From: Octopus vulgaris
Lineage: Eukaryota
NCBI GenBank assembly: GCA_951406725.2
Contig: OX597822.1
Span: 89,032,001 to 89,096,000, forward strand
Direction: 5' to 3'
DNA length: 64,000 bases
Positions within the stretch are counted from its first letter, which is position 1, and every line of letters starts with the position of its first letter. Position numbers and translations under genes: made by a program. The notes below the pieces were generated by a model. The model saw nothing but the letters and a program-made list of their open reading frames with translations. It was not told where the DNA came from and did not search any database. This document shows positions 1-13,399 of this stretch, piece by piece.

Positions 1-41
1 TTTGGTTGATGGAAACTGAAAATGTCTGTCCTATACATATG

Positions 42-88
<47 letters not shown>

Positions 89-305
89 TAATGTGTGTGT
101 ATTTATTTCTATGTTCCCCCCACCTTCGCTTAGAAACTGATGTTGGTGTGTTTATGTCCCCGTAACTTAGCGGTTCGGCAGAAGATATCAATAGAATAAG
201 CACCAGGCTTACAAAGAATAAGTCCAGGTGTTGATTTCTTCAACTGAAAAGCAGTGTTACAGCATGGCCACACTCTTAGACTGAAACAAGTAGCAGAGTA
301 AAAGA
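1..305 (+). mobile_element. 3' part of a tRNA-derived SINE with internal (TA)n
   Basis: Matches the body and tail of the copies at 31249 and 39897 (ggtgtgtttatgtccccgtaacttagcggttcggca ... cagcatggccac..gactgaaacaag). Confidence 0.8.
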
Positions 306-337
306 TTAATATATATATATATATGTGTATATATGTA

Positions 338-460
338 GAAGAACTAATCTATGTTCTCAAATCTGGAGGGTGTGGTGGAGACCTCATAGGTCAAACTAGT
401 TTAACCTTGAGGGACAGAATAACGGTCTCCAGGCAAGAAATCCATCAAATGATGGTCTGA
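338..460 (+). mobile_element. Decayed Penelope-like GIY-YIG endonuclease fragment
   Basis: Translates as ELIYVLKSGGCGGDLIGQTSLTLRDRITV, similar to the LIYCITC..YIGET motif at 15147-15395. Confidence 0.5.
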
Positions 461-854
461 CCATCTGCTAAGCAAATGGGAAGCATTAATTGAAGTAGAT
501 GGTGAATATGTTCCGGAATAATCATTTAAAGATGTGTTTGTTACATGTTGTTATTGTTTTTGTTGAATAAAATTTGTTGAAAAAAGCTGCAATAATTATG
601 CACCAACCCAATATATTAGACATTTGTTTGTTCAAAGGTCTAACTCTTCATGAATTTAACATATTAAAAATTTGTGGATGCTGCTGTCATATGAAGTTCC
701 CTATATTTTCATTAAAAGCATGAAATAGGAGTAATAAGCAAACCAACAACTGTTGAGGGGTTATCTTCTAGTATTTTGTCCTGTACTTTTCTCTCGTGTG
801 TTTACGTATTATTCACTTGTTGGTGATGTCCTGTCACTCATTGGTGTATTTTTC

Positions 855-914
<60 letters not shown>

Positions 915-1075
915 ACAGGGTTCTTTCAGTTTCTGTCTACCAGATCCACTCACAAGGCTTTGGTTGGCCCAAGTCTATAGTGGAAGACACTTTCCCAAGG
1001 TGCCATGCAGTGGGACTGAACTCAGAACCATGTTGTTGGGAAGCAAGCTTCTTACCACACAGCCACACCTGCACC
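915..1075 (-). mobile_element. tRNA-derived SINE head
   Basis: Reverse complement has A-box-like tggctgtgtgg and B-box-like gagttcagtccc; same family as 39897. Confidence 0.8.
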
Positions 1076-1105
1076 CATATGTGTGTGTGTGTATGTATGT
1101 GTATG

Positions 1106-1155
<50 letters not shown>

Positions 1156-1171
1156 CACACACATACACACA

Positions 1172-2409
1172 CAGGGGTTGGACAAAATAATGGAAATACC
1201 TTAAAATTTCAAACAAATTTATTTTAATATGGGGTACGACCACCTTTGGCAGTAATTACAGCTTGAATTCTACAAGGTATGGATTCGTACAAAGTTTGAA
1301 TTGTTTCCAAAGGAATTTTTGTCCATTCTTCAGCTAAAACAGTTTCCAGCTTTTGTAATGATGATGGTGGAGGATATTGACTCCTTACTTGTTTTTCTAA
1401 AATGCACAGTAAATGTTCAATAATATCGAGTGCTGGGGACTGTGGTGGCCAGATAAGATGTTCAACTTCACTAGAATGTTTCTCATGCCATTCAGTAACA
1501 ACTTTAGCTGTGTGAATTGGTGCATTATCTTCCTGAAAGATTGCGTTTCCCTCCAGAAACAGTTCTGCAACCATAGGATGAATTTGATCAGATAAAATGC
1601 TTAAATAGTCTTGGCTATTAATTCTGCCATGAAGGAAAGCCATTGGGCTGATGGATTCCCAAGATATAGCCCCCAGATCATCACAGATCCTCCTCCATAT
1701 TTAACAGTTGGATGAAGGCAGCCTGAATCAAATGCTTCTTTTAGCTGTCTCTACATGCATCCTTGGCCAGTGGTTGGAAATAAGGTAAAGGATGACTCAT
1801 CCAAGAAAATAACATTCTTCCACTGCTCTAGGGATAATTCTGTAGGTTTTCACTCCATTCTAAATGCTTTGCAACATTTATTTTTGAAAGTAGTGGTTTT
1901 CTGATTGCAGCCCTCCCACGAAATCCAGCTTTGTGCAGCTCCTGGCAAGCAATTTTTGTGGAAACTGGGTTCTTGTGGTGGTCATTAAGCTCTGTAGTAA
2001 TCTTGAGATCTTTTCTAATAATTCGCGTAAGAGTCGGTTCCTGTCTGAATGTTTAGGTTTTCTTCTGCAGTTTTGTTTCGTTGAGGAGGTTTTTCTCTCT
2101 TTCTCAAATGCTGTCATTACTTTTGAGACAGTACTTCTTGATACACCAAACATTTTGGCTGTTTTCATTATGCTAGCACCTGCCATACGAGTACCAACAG
2201 TTTGACCTCATTGAAAGTCCGATAGATCTGTCATCCTAATGAATTTTAATTACCCATTTTTGATGATATCTGAAAAGAAACAGCAATTATAGCAAAACAT
2301 ATTAAGCAACACTAATAATAAATCAAGAAACATAAAAATAAACAAGCTTTTGACGATTTTATAGATATTCCAAAATTATGATGCTAGGTGTTTCCATTAT
2401 TTTGTCCAA

Positions 2410-2415
<6 letters not shown>
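1172..2415 (-). mobile_element. Near full-length Tc1-like transposon (~1.24 kb) with frameshifted transposase, D(36)E spacing
   Basis: ~30-bp TIRs caggggttggacaaaataatggaaatacct / aggtgtttccattattttgtccaaacccta; ORFs 1878..2186 (HTH) and 1224..1643 (FQEDNAPIH...WPPQSPALDIIE). Confidence 0.92.
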
Positions 2416-2461
<46 letters not shown>

Positions 2462-2463
<2 letters not shown>

Positions 2464-2694
2464 GGGTTAGCCAAAAGTCACCTGATGGTAAATCAAAACC
2501 ATTTAATTCCAAGATTTACTTATGTTTAAAAACTGAATGGATTTATCAAAAGCATCTAAATATGAAACATCATGGAAATAGTTCAAACTGAAGTTCTTCT
2601 TGAGTGACACATTTTTCCATTCGAGTCAATATGAAATTACAGATAGTATTTATGGAATTTTAATTTACTGTGAGTTGACCGTTGGCCAACACTA
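2462..2694. mobile_element. Small Tc1/mariner-type MITE
   Basis: Imperfect ~21-bp TIRs cagggttagccaaaagtcacc / gttgaccgttggccaacacta within TA/CA tracts. Confidence 0.5.
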
Positions 2695-3196
<502 letters not shown>

Positions 3197-3198
<2 letters not shown>

Positions 3199-3880
3199 TC
3201 ATCAACATTTAGTGTCTGTTGTCCATGCTGGCATGGGTTGGATCGTTTGATCGGACTGGCATACTTGAAGGCTACACCAGACTCCAGTCTGATTTGGCAT
3301 GGTTTTCTTCTTCTGGATACCCTTTTTAACACCAACCACTCTGAGAGTGTAATGAGTGCTTTTATGTGCCATTGGCACAGGTAACATTTGCATGACACCA
3401 GAGTGCTTTTACATGTCACTAGCACAGGTGCCAATTGCATGACACCGGTATCTGCCATAATTGCAATTTTGCTTGGCTTGATGGTCCTTTTTCTCAAGCA
3501 TGACATAGTGCCAAAATCTTGGTCATGCATCTGTGAAACCCAACACTCGGAAGGAACTCAGCCATTTTGCTTTTGTGAGGCCCAACGTGTGAAAGGAAGT
3601 AAACCACTTCGCCTCTGTAAGACCCAACATTCGAAAGGTGTTCTTTATATACCACCAACACAGGTGCACTTGGCTTGATGGGTGCCCTCAAGCACATCAC
3701 ATCGCTAAACGTCTTGGTCATTAATTATTGCCTTTGTGAGGCTCAAAGTTCAAAGATCGTACTTCACTGCTTCATTCCATGTCTTCCAGGGTCTACCTCT
3801 ACCATAGGTTCCTCGTCCATATGCATCATAGCATTGTACCAGTGCAGTTGTGTCTCTTGTACACCACATCTCTTGTACAC
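3197..3880 (-). mobile_element. 5'-truncated RTE-clade LINE 3' end with (GAT)n tail
   Basis: Begins catcatcaacatttagtg..ccatgctggcatgggttgg; distal part is the reverse complement of the RTE C-terminal coding sequence seen at 27395. Confidence 0.75.
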
Positions 3881-3932
3881 CACATATATATGCATATATG
3901 TGTAACTATATATATGTAGATATAGATATACG

Positions 3933-4363
<431 letters not shown>

Positions 4364-4430
4364 TAAAGAATAAAGAGAAAATGGAGAGGTAATTAATAAA
4401 ATTATTTATTAATTGTAAAATATGACAACA

Positions 4431-4516
4431 TCTCTGACAGCTGTTTCGTTTCAGAAATCTCAAAATAATTAATTTATAAAATTAAAATCATTATAAGACA
4501 AATCTCTTCAGAGGTA
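4431..4516 (-). ncRNA. Decayed minimal type I hammerhead-like motif (Penelope-associated type)
   Basis: Minus strand reads cct-CTGAAGA-g...c-GAAA-cagctg-TC-aga; palindromic stem III; stems I and II are imperfect. Confidence 0.45.
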
Positions 4517-5216
4517 GTAAGGATATACCAATTAGAAATACATGTTGAGATAACAGCTATGAATCTGTTAATTGATAGTAAATATACTAAAAGAGCTGGT
4601 TACCGAAGAAACCAATCTAATTTAGGGGAGAAGGTATTATTATTATATGTCTTAAAGAAAGAAACGAAGAGATTAATATCATAGGGTATTGTGAAAGAGA
4701 AAAGAAAAAGGAAATATGGAAGCAGAAAAACTCGTGTATTTATGAATATAAAATATAAAATAATAATTCCACTATTGAATGTAGGGGAACAGGTAGTGTA
4801 TATTTTGTGTCTTAAATAAAAGAAAAAAGATTAATATAATATTAAAGGGTATTGAGAAGGAGAAAAAGAGAAAGGAAAAAAGGAAGCAGAAAAATGCATG
4901 TATATATAGATATATAATAATGTCATATCATACTTATCTATAATAATTATCATCATCATAATTGTCGTTTAATGTCCGCTTTCCATGCTGGCATGGGCTG
5001 GACAGTTTGAGGGTTGGCGAGCCAGAAGGCTGCACCAGGCTTCAATCCGATCTGGCAATGTTTCTACAGCTAGATGCCCTTCCTAACGCCAACCACATAT
5101 ATATGCATGAACCACAGTTTATATGGTTACCTTATAGTTTATCTTTCTATAGATTGGTAACTAAACAGTATTTTCATTGGATTTATGATCCCCGAAGGAG
5201 GTTTATTACCTTTACT

Positions 5217-5258
<42 letters not shown>

Positions 5259-6474
5259 TGGCCTTCTCTTCATTCTCATCACTTTCCCTCCTTCTTTACT
5301 TTTATTCTGTCCCTTTCTTTTTTTCTGTCTTTCTCGTCCCTCCCTAATTCTTTAATCCCTCTACCCACTACCTCTCTCCTCTCCTTCCACGTGGTTGGTG
5401 TTCAGCCAAGCCTTACTTTTCTTTCATGGTTTGACTACGATATGTGTAGCATCTCTTATATTCCTTCCCATGACTTTCATCTTCTATGTTCCTGCCGTAA
5501 GGCTTCATTTCCACACATGCCAGCTTAATTTAATTCGTCCTTAGTTGAAAGACACCTGTTGCTAATGTCCTGTTGTTTGTATTTGTAAATGTGTACCATT
5601 TCTCCGTTTTATTTTTTTGTTTTGTCCTTGTTTTCGTATATATTCACTTGCTTTCTTCCAAAGAATCTAGTGCTCTTAGCTTAGATTTTCTTGGGGCCAG
5701 CCAGATTAGAGCAGTTTCGAGAGTAACCGGCCGAAACTGCAAAGATGATCTGGTACTTGACTGAACATTGAAAGCTCTGAATGACCCATCCTTTTTTTTC
5801 CTGTCCTTTTTTGTATCCTCTAACTGTCTGAATGTTTTGTTGTTGCCTGTTACATTCTTGTTCCATTTTTTGTTTTGTTTATATATATATGTACATATAC
5901 ATGTATGTGTGTGTGTGTGTATATATATAAATATCCATGCTACCACACTTGAAACGTACCTGTTATAACTCTAGCTTGATTTGAATGTATGTGAAGGTAT
6001 TTAGAATGGCCAAACTTATTTCTGCAAATATGCTAAGCACTGATGCTGTTCATAGTTTAATCGATAAGCATAAGAACAAGGTAAATACAGTAAACATAAT
6101 GGGGTCAGTGGAGCCCCATTTAAGTGGCTCTTCAGTAATTGAACATCCTTACGATACTCCCTGGAAGTTCATGGTATGAAATTCATTGTCATTGCTCTGA
6201 TTTGGTCATCAGTGCCATGTATTTAGTTTAAAATATAGTAAAAATAGCGGAGTTAGCTGGGCTCCAGTTATGGGACTCTTAAAAAAATAGGCCCCATTAG
6301 GACATTCCCTGGAATTAGGGGAGTTGCTAGTTTGAGTTTCATTGTCCTTGCGCCAATGGTCTAGGAGGAGTTAATGAACATAAAAATGTAATGGACAGAG
6401 GAACATCACTGAAATTTATAATAGGATTGGCAGAGATACCCAGTGTTGCTCTGGATGAAAGTAGCAGAGTTTTT

Positions 6475-6725
6475 TATTCTTTTATTTGTTTCAGTCGAAC
6501 AGATCAACTCCAGGATTTATTCTTTGTAAGCCTAGTTGGTGTCTTTTGCCGAAGCACCAAGTTATGGGGACGTAAACCCACCAACATTAGTTGTCAAGCA
6601 ATGGTGGGGGTACAAGCATAAACACACACACACACACACAAATATACACATATATACAACAGTCTTCTTTCAGTTTCTTTGTATGAAATCCACTCACAAA
6701 GCTTTGGTTGGCCTGAGGCTATAGT
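6475..6725 (-). mobile_element. tRNA-derived SINE, partial
   Basis: Reverse complement of the SINE body at 39897-40260. Confidence 0.75.
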
Positions 6726-6894
6726 ATATATATATATATATGTATATGTATGTATATAAATTAGAGAAGAACCACCATGTAGCAATTCAACAATGATATA
6801 ATCAAATCATACCACATAGAAAAAAAATTAAATATATGATAAAAACATATAACTAATTAAAGTACAAAATAATAAATAGTATATAATTAGTAAA

Positions 6895-6980
6895 AAGACT
6901 ATACATGTTTCGTGGCTATATTTTCTAACCGATAACAGTAAAATCAATTCAGTTTAAATATAGTCACTCATCAGGTCCAA
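6895..6980 (-). ncRNA. Minimal type I hammerhead-like motif
   Basis: Minus strand reads ggac-CTGATGA-gtgactatattt...aaatatagccac-GAAA-catg-TA-tagtc; stem II pairs 11 of 12. Confidence 0.55.
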
Positions 6981-7469
6981 GATAAAAAACAATGAAATAG
7001 TTAAAAAAATAAATATACATATAATATCTAGTAATATGTTATTAATAATTAATAAATTATTGATAATTAGATAAACAAATATATGTATAATATTATCTTG
7101 TATATTTCTTACAAGATGATATACATATATTTATTTAATTATTTTATTGTTTTTTATCTTGGTGTTCTATAAATTCTATTTTCGCCATATTTTCCCATGA
7201 TATATTACTTATAAATGCTAAGTTTGACATTTTACATTTAAATCTATAATTAACGAAAATCCTTCAAGATAAGTTATATTTTTATTTTAAGAAATATTGT
7301 TAAATGCTTTTCGATTATTTATAATTAATACATGTATTTTTTTAAATATATTTAGATGATAATTAGTATAAGTTATGATAAGTACATTTATTCTAATATT
7401 ATTTTTTATTGTTTATTATCTTAGACCTGATGAGTGACTATATTTTTAAATAGAATTAATTTTAGTTCG

Positions 7470-7570
7470 ATTTAATTTTAATCGGGTTATATAAGGGAAG
7501 TAACTCTCTAAAAATGCTTATATAGTTATTTCCCTTACAAACCCGAGCAACGCCGGGCGATACTGCTAGT
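7470..7570 (+). mobile_element. Helitron-like 3' terminus
   Basis: GC-rich hairpin cccgagcaacgccggg about 10 nt before CTAG|T. Confidence 0.65.
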
Positions 7571-10500
7571 ATATAATATACATATATATATATATATACA
7601 CACATGCATATATGGGTACAGAACATTACCAACAGTGCAATTAGCATGAAATATGTAAACAAACGAGGGAAAAACAAGTGAAGTAGATAAACAATGAGGA
7701 AAAATGGAAAACTGGACAAGTTAACACGGAGATAGGACCCTCCATCAGTTGTTGACTGTCTATCTACTCCTCATTTCGAGCATTCAATGACAATATGAGT
7801 CTTCAAAGACTGTTGTTCCCATAAATTCTAAAATAAAATTTTGGATTTATGAAGGGTCAAAGTTGGGAACGAAAAATGACATAAATCATAAATTTTATTC
7901 TTATGAGGCAATAGGTGGTAATATATAAAAAAAGAGGAAGTGATAGTGAGGGTGGTGGAGAACAATAGCATAATAAAACTGTGAACTGGTGTGAAATAGG
8001 TGAAGTGTTGGGGTGACAAAAGATGCACAGTGATAGAGACAGAGGTCAGGAATACCTAGGGGTGAATATAGTGAGTTGCAAAAAGGGGTGTTGATGGTTA
8101 AGGTGAAAGGGTGTTTAGGGGAAATGGGCATTCAAAGGACATATATAAGGGATGATGTTGGAGTGTGGGATGGGTGGCAAAGGAAGTGGTTCCAAGAAGA
8201 GGAGTTACTGGTAACAAAAAGTGGGAAGGAATACGTGCAGTTCTGCTAGTTAAGTACTAAGAAATAGTACTGTAGTTAGAGGAGTGAGAGAGATATGGAT
8301 GTTATGAAAATGCTGGGGAAGGTTTGACAGGTACAGATTTATATGTATATCCAATTATATATAGGTATGTGTGTGTGTAAATTTCCAGCTTTTTTGCTTT
8401 TTGTTTTTTGCTAAAGGAATGACAATTATTATGCAGATTTTTAATACAATTTCATTTCACTGTGCATGTTTTTCCGCAGATGACATCTGCAGAATGTCAT
8501 CAGCCCCACGTTGGTCTTTAGTCCCAAATTATTTTATTGGGATCATCATACTACTGTAATGATGCTGTTCACTATCAAATTGTATGACTTCATTAAAAAT
8601 GTAGAAAACAAAAAAAGAATAGAAAATCCTGTTTTTTCTTTAATTATTATAGAATAATGTGTAACTTTTAGCAACAGGGACAATCAGTTTTGAGATATAA
8701 ATACTTCATGAATTGTGTTGTTACAAGTATTGAATGTATAGTGGCCTAAAACAATGTTTCTTTATTTTTAATCTAAGAAACATTGTGTTAGTTTAATTAT
8801 CTTTTAATCTGGATTAATGGCTACTAAAGAGATGGGTTTTATTAGTTCCAATATTTTCATGCATGAAATAACCACAATATAGTGGGATTCAGTTACTGTG
8901 GTCATCATCATTATCATCATTATAGTCATCATCATTGTCTACATTTTTATCGTCATGATTGTTGTCAACATCATCATCACCATGTATTTTATCATGCCAC
9001 CAGCCCTTGAGAGTTTGCCCTGTATAGGAGGACTAAAGAGTCCCTTCTATTCCTGTATCTGTTCTTAAAGTTACCGCCCACATTTATTCTGATGTGATTT
9101 GCAAAGTTCACATCATGCCGCTTTCTGACATGGTTTCTCTCGCTAGATGTCTCCAGTGGTACCTTAAAATAAGATTAATTAATGATTTAATTAAGTAAAT
9201 TATTGTCAGGCATTTATTGATATTGTTTATGATATTGAAACCAACTCCTTCATTATTTATTGCTGCTACATAGTTATGTCACTGACTTGCAGTTTTTAAT
9301 CAGATTCACTTTTTACCCTTTTTTTAAAGATGAACATCTTGATAGTGTTCTAAATAATCTATGTTGATATTAATCTAGTATTCTGTCACAATATCCAATA
9401 TTTTGTCCTGGACAACATAGCTTTACTTTGACAGGTTAAATATTTATGAACATATTACATTTAACATAAAGTGATTCTATACAACAATGGTTCACAAACA
9501 TGTTATTTTGGATAAATGATAAAATTTTACATATGTATCTTTTTATAAAAGGCATTATGCTTAGTTGTGTATTAAAATATCTTAAGTGTTTTTTTTTTTT
9601 TTTTGGTAATTACTTTCTCATAATTGTGAAACAGTATACACTATGATATAACAATGGTTTTCTAATCATGGTCTATAAAGGCCAGTTTTTGATCTGCATG
9701 TCTGTCAATGGAAACTTTATCTGAAGCTACATAGAACAATTATTTCAGTATATAAATTATAGCTTACTGGCTAGTTTGGTTTTTAATTAATTTAGTCATG
9801 TTATTTGGAAATAGAATCAGTTCATATCTCACTATTTATAATTGCTACTGATAAATATGTTTGCTTGACAAAATAAAGAAATGAAATAGGCATCACAAGA
9901 AAGAATAACAATATCTTCCTTCACTCTTCTTTCCTTGGATGAAATAAAATAGACTAGGCTTAGCATTCAAATAATCCATAAAACTAAGTTTGTTGCAGTT
10001 TTTTTCTTAGATGAGATCCTGGAAAATTTTGCTTGTTTAATGTGGAATTATATCAACGATCTTTTGCTTTGACTGTGTGTCATCATTCTAGGATCTATAA
10101 AATGGATAGTAAATATCTATAATATATTAGTTTATAAGCAATCAGATTTATTTTAACTCTTACAATATGTACCTTTTGCATTTAGAAAGAAACCAATATG
10201 TAGATTTTATGAAATAAAAGAAGCTATTTGTGTGTTTGGAGAAATAGCAGAATCTTTTGAAATTGAATTTACTTTAAGATATATTTAGATTAAGTTTAAT
10301 TTCAATTGATTAACTGATTATCTGTGGGAAGTAGGAGAAAAATATTCTGCATTAGGAAGTAGATGAAATGGTAAAGATTTCATTAAATATATTACAGTAT
10401 TTATATTTTGTCTCTTTTGATGTTATATTTCTGAATTCTTGCTGGGGTCAACAACTAGACATGTACTGGAGTTGATTTACTTATCTAAATTCCTCTCCTA

Positions 10501-10890
10501 CATATCTGAATAGAATGAGATATCCTCATACTATTTGTGAAGGGATTGCACAGATTTACTTAAATGGCGAATATTTGTCTTAAGTTTGGTGATCAACAAG
10601 TTTTAAATGACAGATAACAGTCCACAGTTGGGTCTAAAATCACATTCCATTTGTAACCAAAATTTTGCTGTTATAGGATTTGATTGTGAATATATATTTC
10701 TATTAAGTATTAAATGAAAAATTAGTTAATAGACAATAAATATTTGATTTATAATATTTATTTTATAAAGAAAAGGAATATTTATTATTATATAAATAAA
10801 TAATTTAAACTTTACTGAATTATTACTATTTAAGCTTTCTTTTTATGATGACATTTGATAATTGTAATTGTTGTATATACATTTATTCAG

Positions 10891-11017
10891 GTTCTTGGCT
10901 GGTGTTATTCATCGTGAACGTATCCCAGCCTTTGAACGAATGTTATGGAGAGTTTGCCGAGGTAATGTTTTCCTAAAACAAGCAGAAATTGAGCCACCTT
11001 TGGAAGATCCTGTCACT
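10891..11017 (+). CDS. ATP6V0A1: V-ATPase V0 subunit a exon, 127 nt: (x)[42 protein letters not shown]
   Basis: ttcag|G acceptor and ACT|gtaagt donor; [14 protein letters not shown] is the subunit-a N-terminal domain signature; lies within ORF 10868..11074. Confidence 0.97.
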
Positions 11018-11086
11018 GTAAGTATTTCTATATGTCTTACAGCATTTTCAATTGCTGGCAGATTTTTTGGATAATGACTAACAATT

Positions 11087-11760
11087 ATCATCATCATCAT
11101 CATCATCATCATTTAACATCCATTTCCATGCTGGCATGGGTTGGACGATTTGACTGAGGTCTGGAGAGCCAGTGGCTGCACCAGGTTCCAATCTGATCTG
11201 GCAATGTTTCTACAGCTGGATGCCCTTCCTAACACCAACCAGGGTTCTTTTTATGTGCCACAGGCACAGGAGCCAGTCATCAATCACATTCAGATAGTGC
11301 TTTTTATGTGCCACCAGCACAGGTGCCAGTTAGGGGGTACTGGTATCGGCCATGTTCGGATGGTGCATTTTACATGCCACTGGCATGGGGATCAGTTAGA
11401 TGGTCCTGGCATTGATCATGTTTGGATAGTGCTTTTTATGTGCCACCGGCATAGGAGCCAGTTAAGGGTACTGGCATCAGCCATGTTCAGTGTGTTTTAC
11501 GTGCCACCAGCACAGGAGCCAGTTAGGGGACACTGGCATTGATGCATTTTATGTGCCACTGGAACAGGAGCCAGTCAGGGGGCACTGGCCACAGCTATGA
11601 TTTTGTTTTTACTTGACTCAACAGGTCTTTTCAAGCATATCATATTGCCCAATGCATGAAGGGTACTCTTAAGTGGGCCAGACCTGCAACACTGGCATCA
11701 GCCATGGCTGTGGTCTCGCTTTAGTTTCTGCGTCTTCTCAATTACAGCATATCTCCAAAG
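11087..11760 (-). mobile_element. RTE LINE 3' UTR fragment with internal ~60-bp tandem subrepeats
   Basis: (cat)n tail plus ccatgctggcatgggttggac; about six repeats of ttttatgtgccac..gcacaggagccagt. Confidence 0.8.
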
Positions 11761-12620
11761 GTTTCAGTATGCAATATTAGTTACAATCTATTTGGAGAAA
11801 AACTTTTTTTCTTTTGAGCCAAATAAAAATTCCATGGCATTTGTTCAGAATGGAGACTGTTGACCATATTTGTATACAGTTTGTTAAGTCTCTATTTACA
11901 ATATTTATATATTTTTTAATGTGAAATACTTTGAAGTTGTGTTCTATCGTTGTGGAAGGAAGAAGAACAATATTCTTCATCCACAGAAGAATGGTGATAA
12001 AGTGTTGGAAGAAGTAGGAATTCCATAGAAGAGTATATTTCACACAATAGAAACTGCATGTAATAATTCTGCTCATCTTAGGAAAAGAAACATGGCTTGA
12101 ATTATTGTTGTTTGGTCCTAAGTCAACTCTAATGTGATCATAGGTTTTCTAGCCATGACCATCTAATCTTATTTTCGTTCATACTATTATGTTGGACTAC
12201 CTTTGCCTATTGTATCCTTCCTTTTTAAGACAGTAGGAGGTGACCTGTAGAATTGTGTACTATTTCTGGCAGATCTAGAGACTGTATACAAGCTCTGTAG
12301 TTGGTTTCTCATTGGCAACAGTGAGATCGGCTACACAATAAGTTAAAGTTGTTTTTAAGCAACCTCATAATGTATTGAAGAAAAAACAGCCTGGAGGTAG
12401 CTGTGCAGAGAAATGGAAAAAGACAACACTGTTTGAATGAACCTTTGGTTTACAAAGATTGTATTACATGTCAAGGCATATCAAGAAGACCAACCAGACA
12501 TATTTTTGCTTGTGGACTGCAAGTGAATGGTCAGCATAAACAGAGAGGTCATTGTTTACAACCAGCAAACATATGTAAAGACAAAAGGAAATACAAATTT
12601 GCTCACACAAACTCATGCAT

Positions 12621-12659
<39 letters not shown>

Positions 12660-13053
12660 CATATATATGACAATCCTCTTTCAGTTTCAAGTGACAAACC
12701 TGTAGTTGACCTGAGGCCATAGCAGAAAAAGCTTGCTCAAGGTGCAATGCAATGAGACTGAATCCAAAACTATGTAATTTGAAAATAAACTTCTTAACCA
12801 CATCGCCATACCTGTGCCTATATGTATATGCATGTGAAGTTCAATTTAAATGCCAGATAACAAAAATTTAACTTCATACTTAAAACTTCAAAGTTTAATT
12901 TCAAACTGCTCTGGTTTTTAGAAAAAATTGTACAGTAAATTGTGTTAAAAGATTACATAAAAGTAATCATAAATTATATTATTTCCCTAATTTATCGTGG
13001 ACTATATAAAAAAATATTTTTATACTCTTGATATTTTGATTGTTTTTTTATAG

Positions 13054-13136
13054 GGAGATCATGTGTACAAGTCTGTGTTTATTGTATTTTTCCAAGGAGA
13101 TCAACTTAAGTCAAGAGTGCGAAAAATCTGTGAAGG
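13054..13136 (+). CDS. ATP6V0A1: V-ATPase a exon, 83 nt: GDHVYKSVFIVFFQGDQLKSRVRKICEG
   Basis: tatag|GGA ... GG|gtaagt; conserved KSVFxxFFQGDQLK motif; phase consistent with neighbours. Confidence 0.97.
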
Positions 13137-13399
13137 GTAAGTTTCAAAATGCATTGCAATTTTCATATGTATTTTTATCTTTTATTTTTTTCTTGTTTCA
13201 GTTATTGCACAGTGGCCCCATGCTGGGGCATTGCCTTGAAGGGTTTTAGGTGAAAAGATTGACCTCAGTACATATTTTTTTAAAATATAGTACTTATCAG
13301 TCTCTTTTGCTGAAATGCTAAAATTGGGGAATGTAAACAAACCTGCACCTACCGCAGTGGTAGGGTGGACAGACAGGCATAAAGACATGCACACACATA

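Noticed and set aside
11240-11600. ~60-bp tandem units giving ORF 11141..11542
   Set aside because: Internal subrepeats of the RTE 3' UTR family also seen at 21630-21740 and 13500-13630
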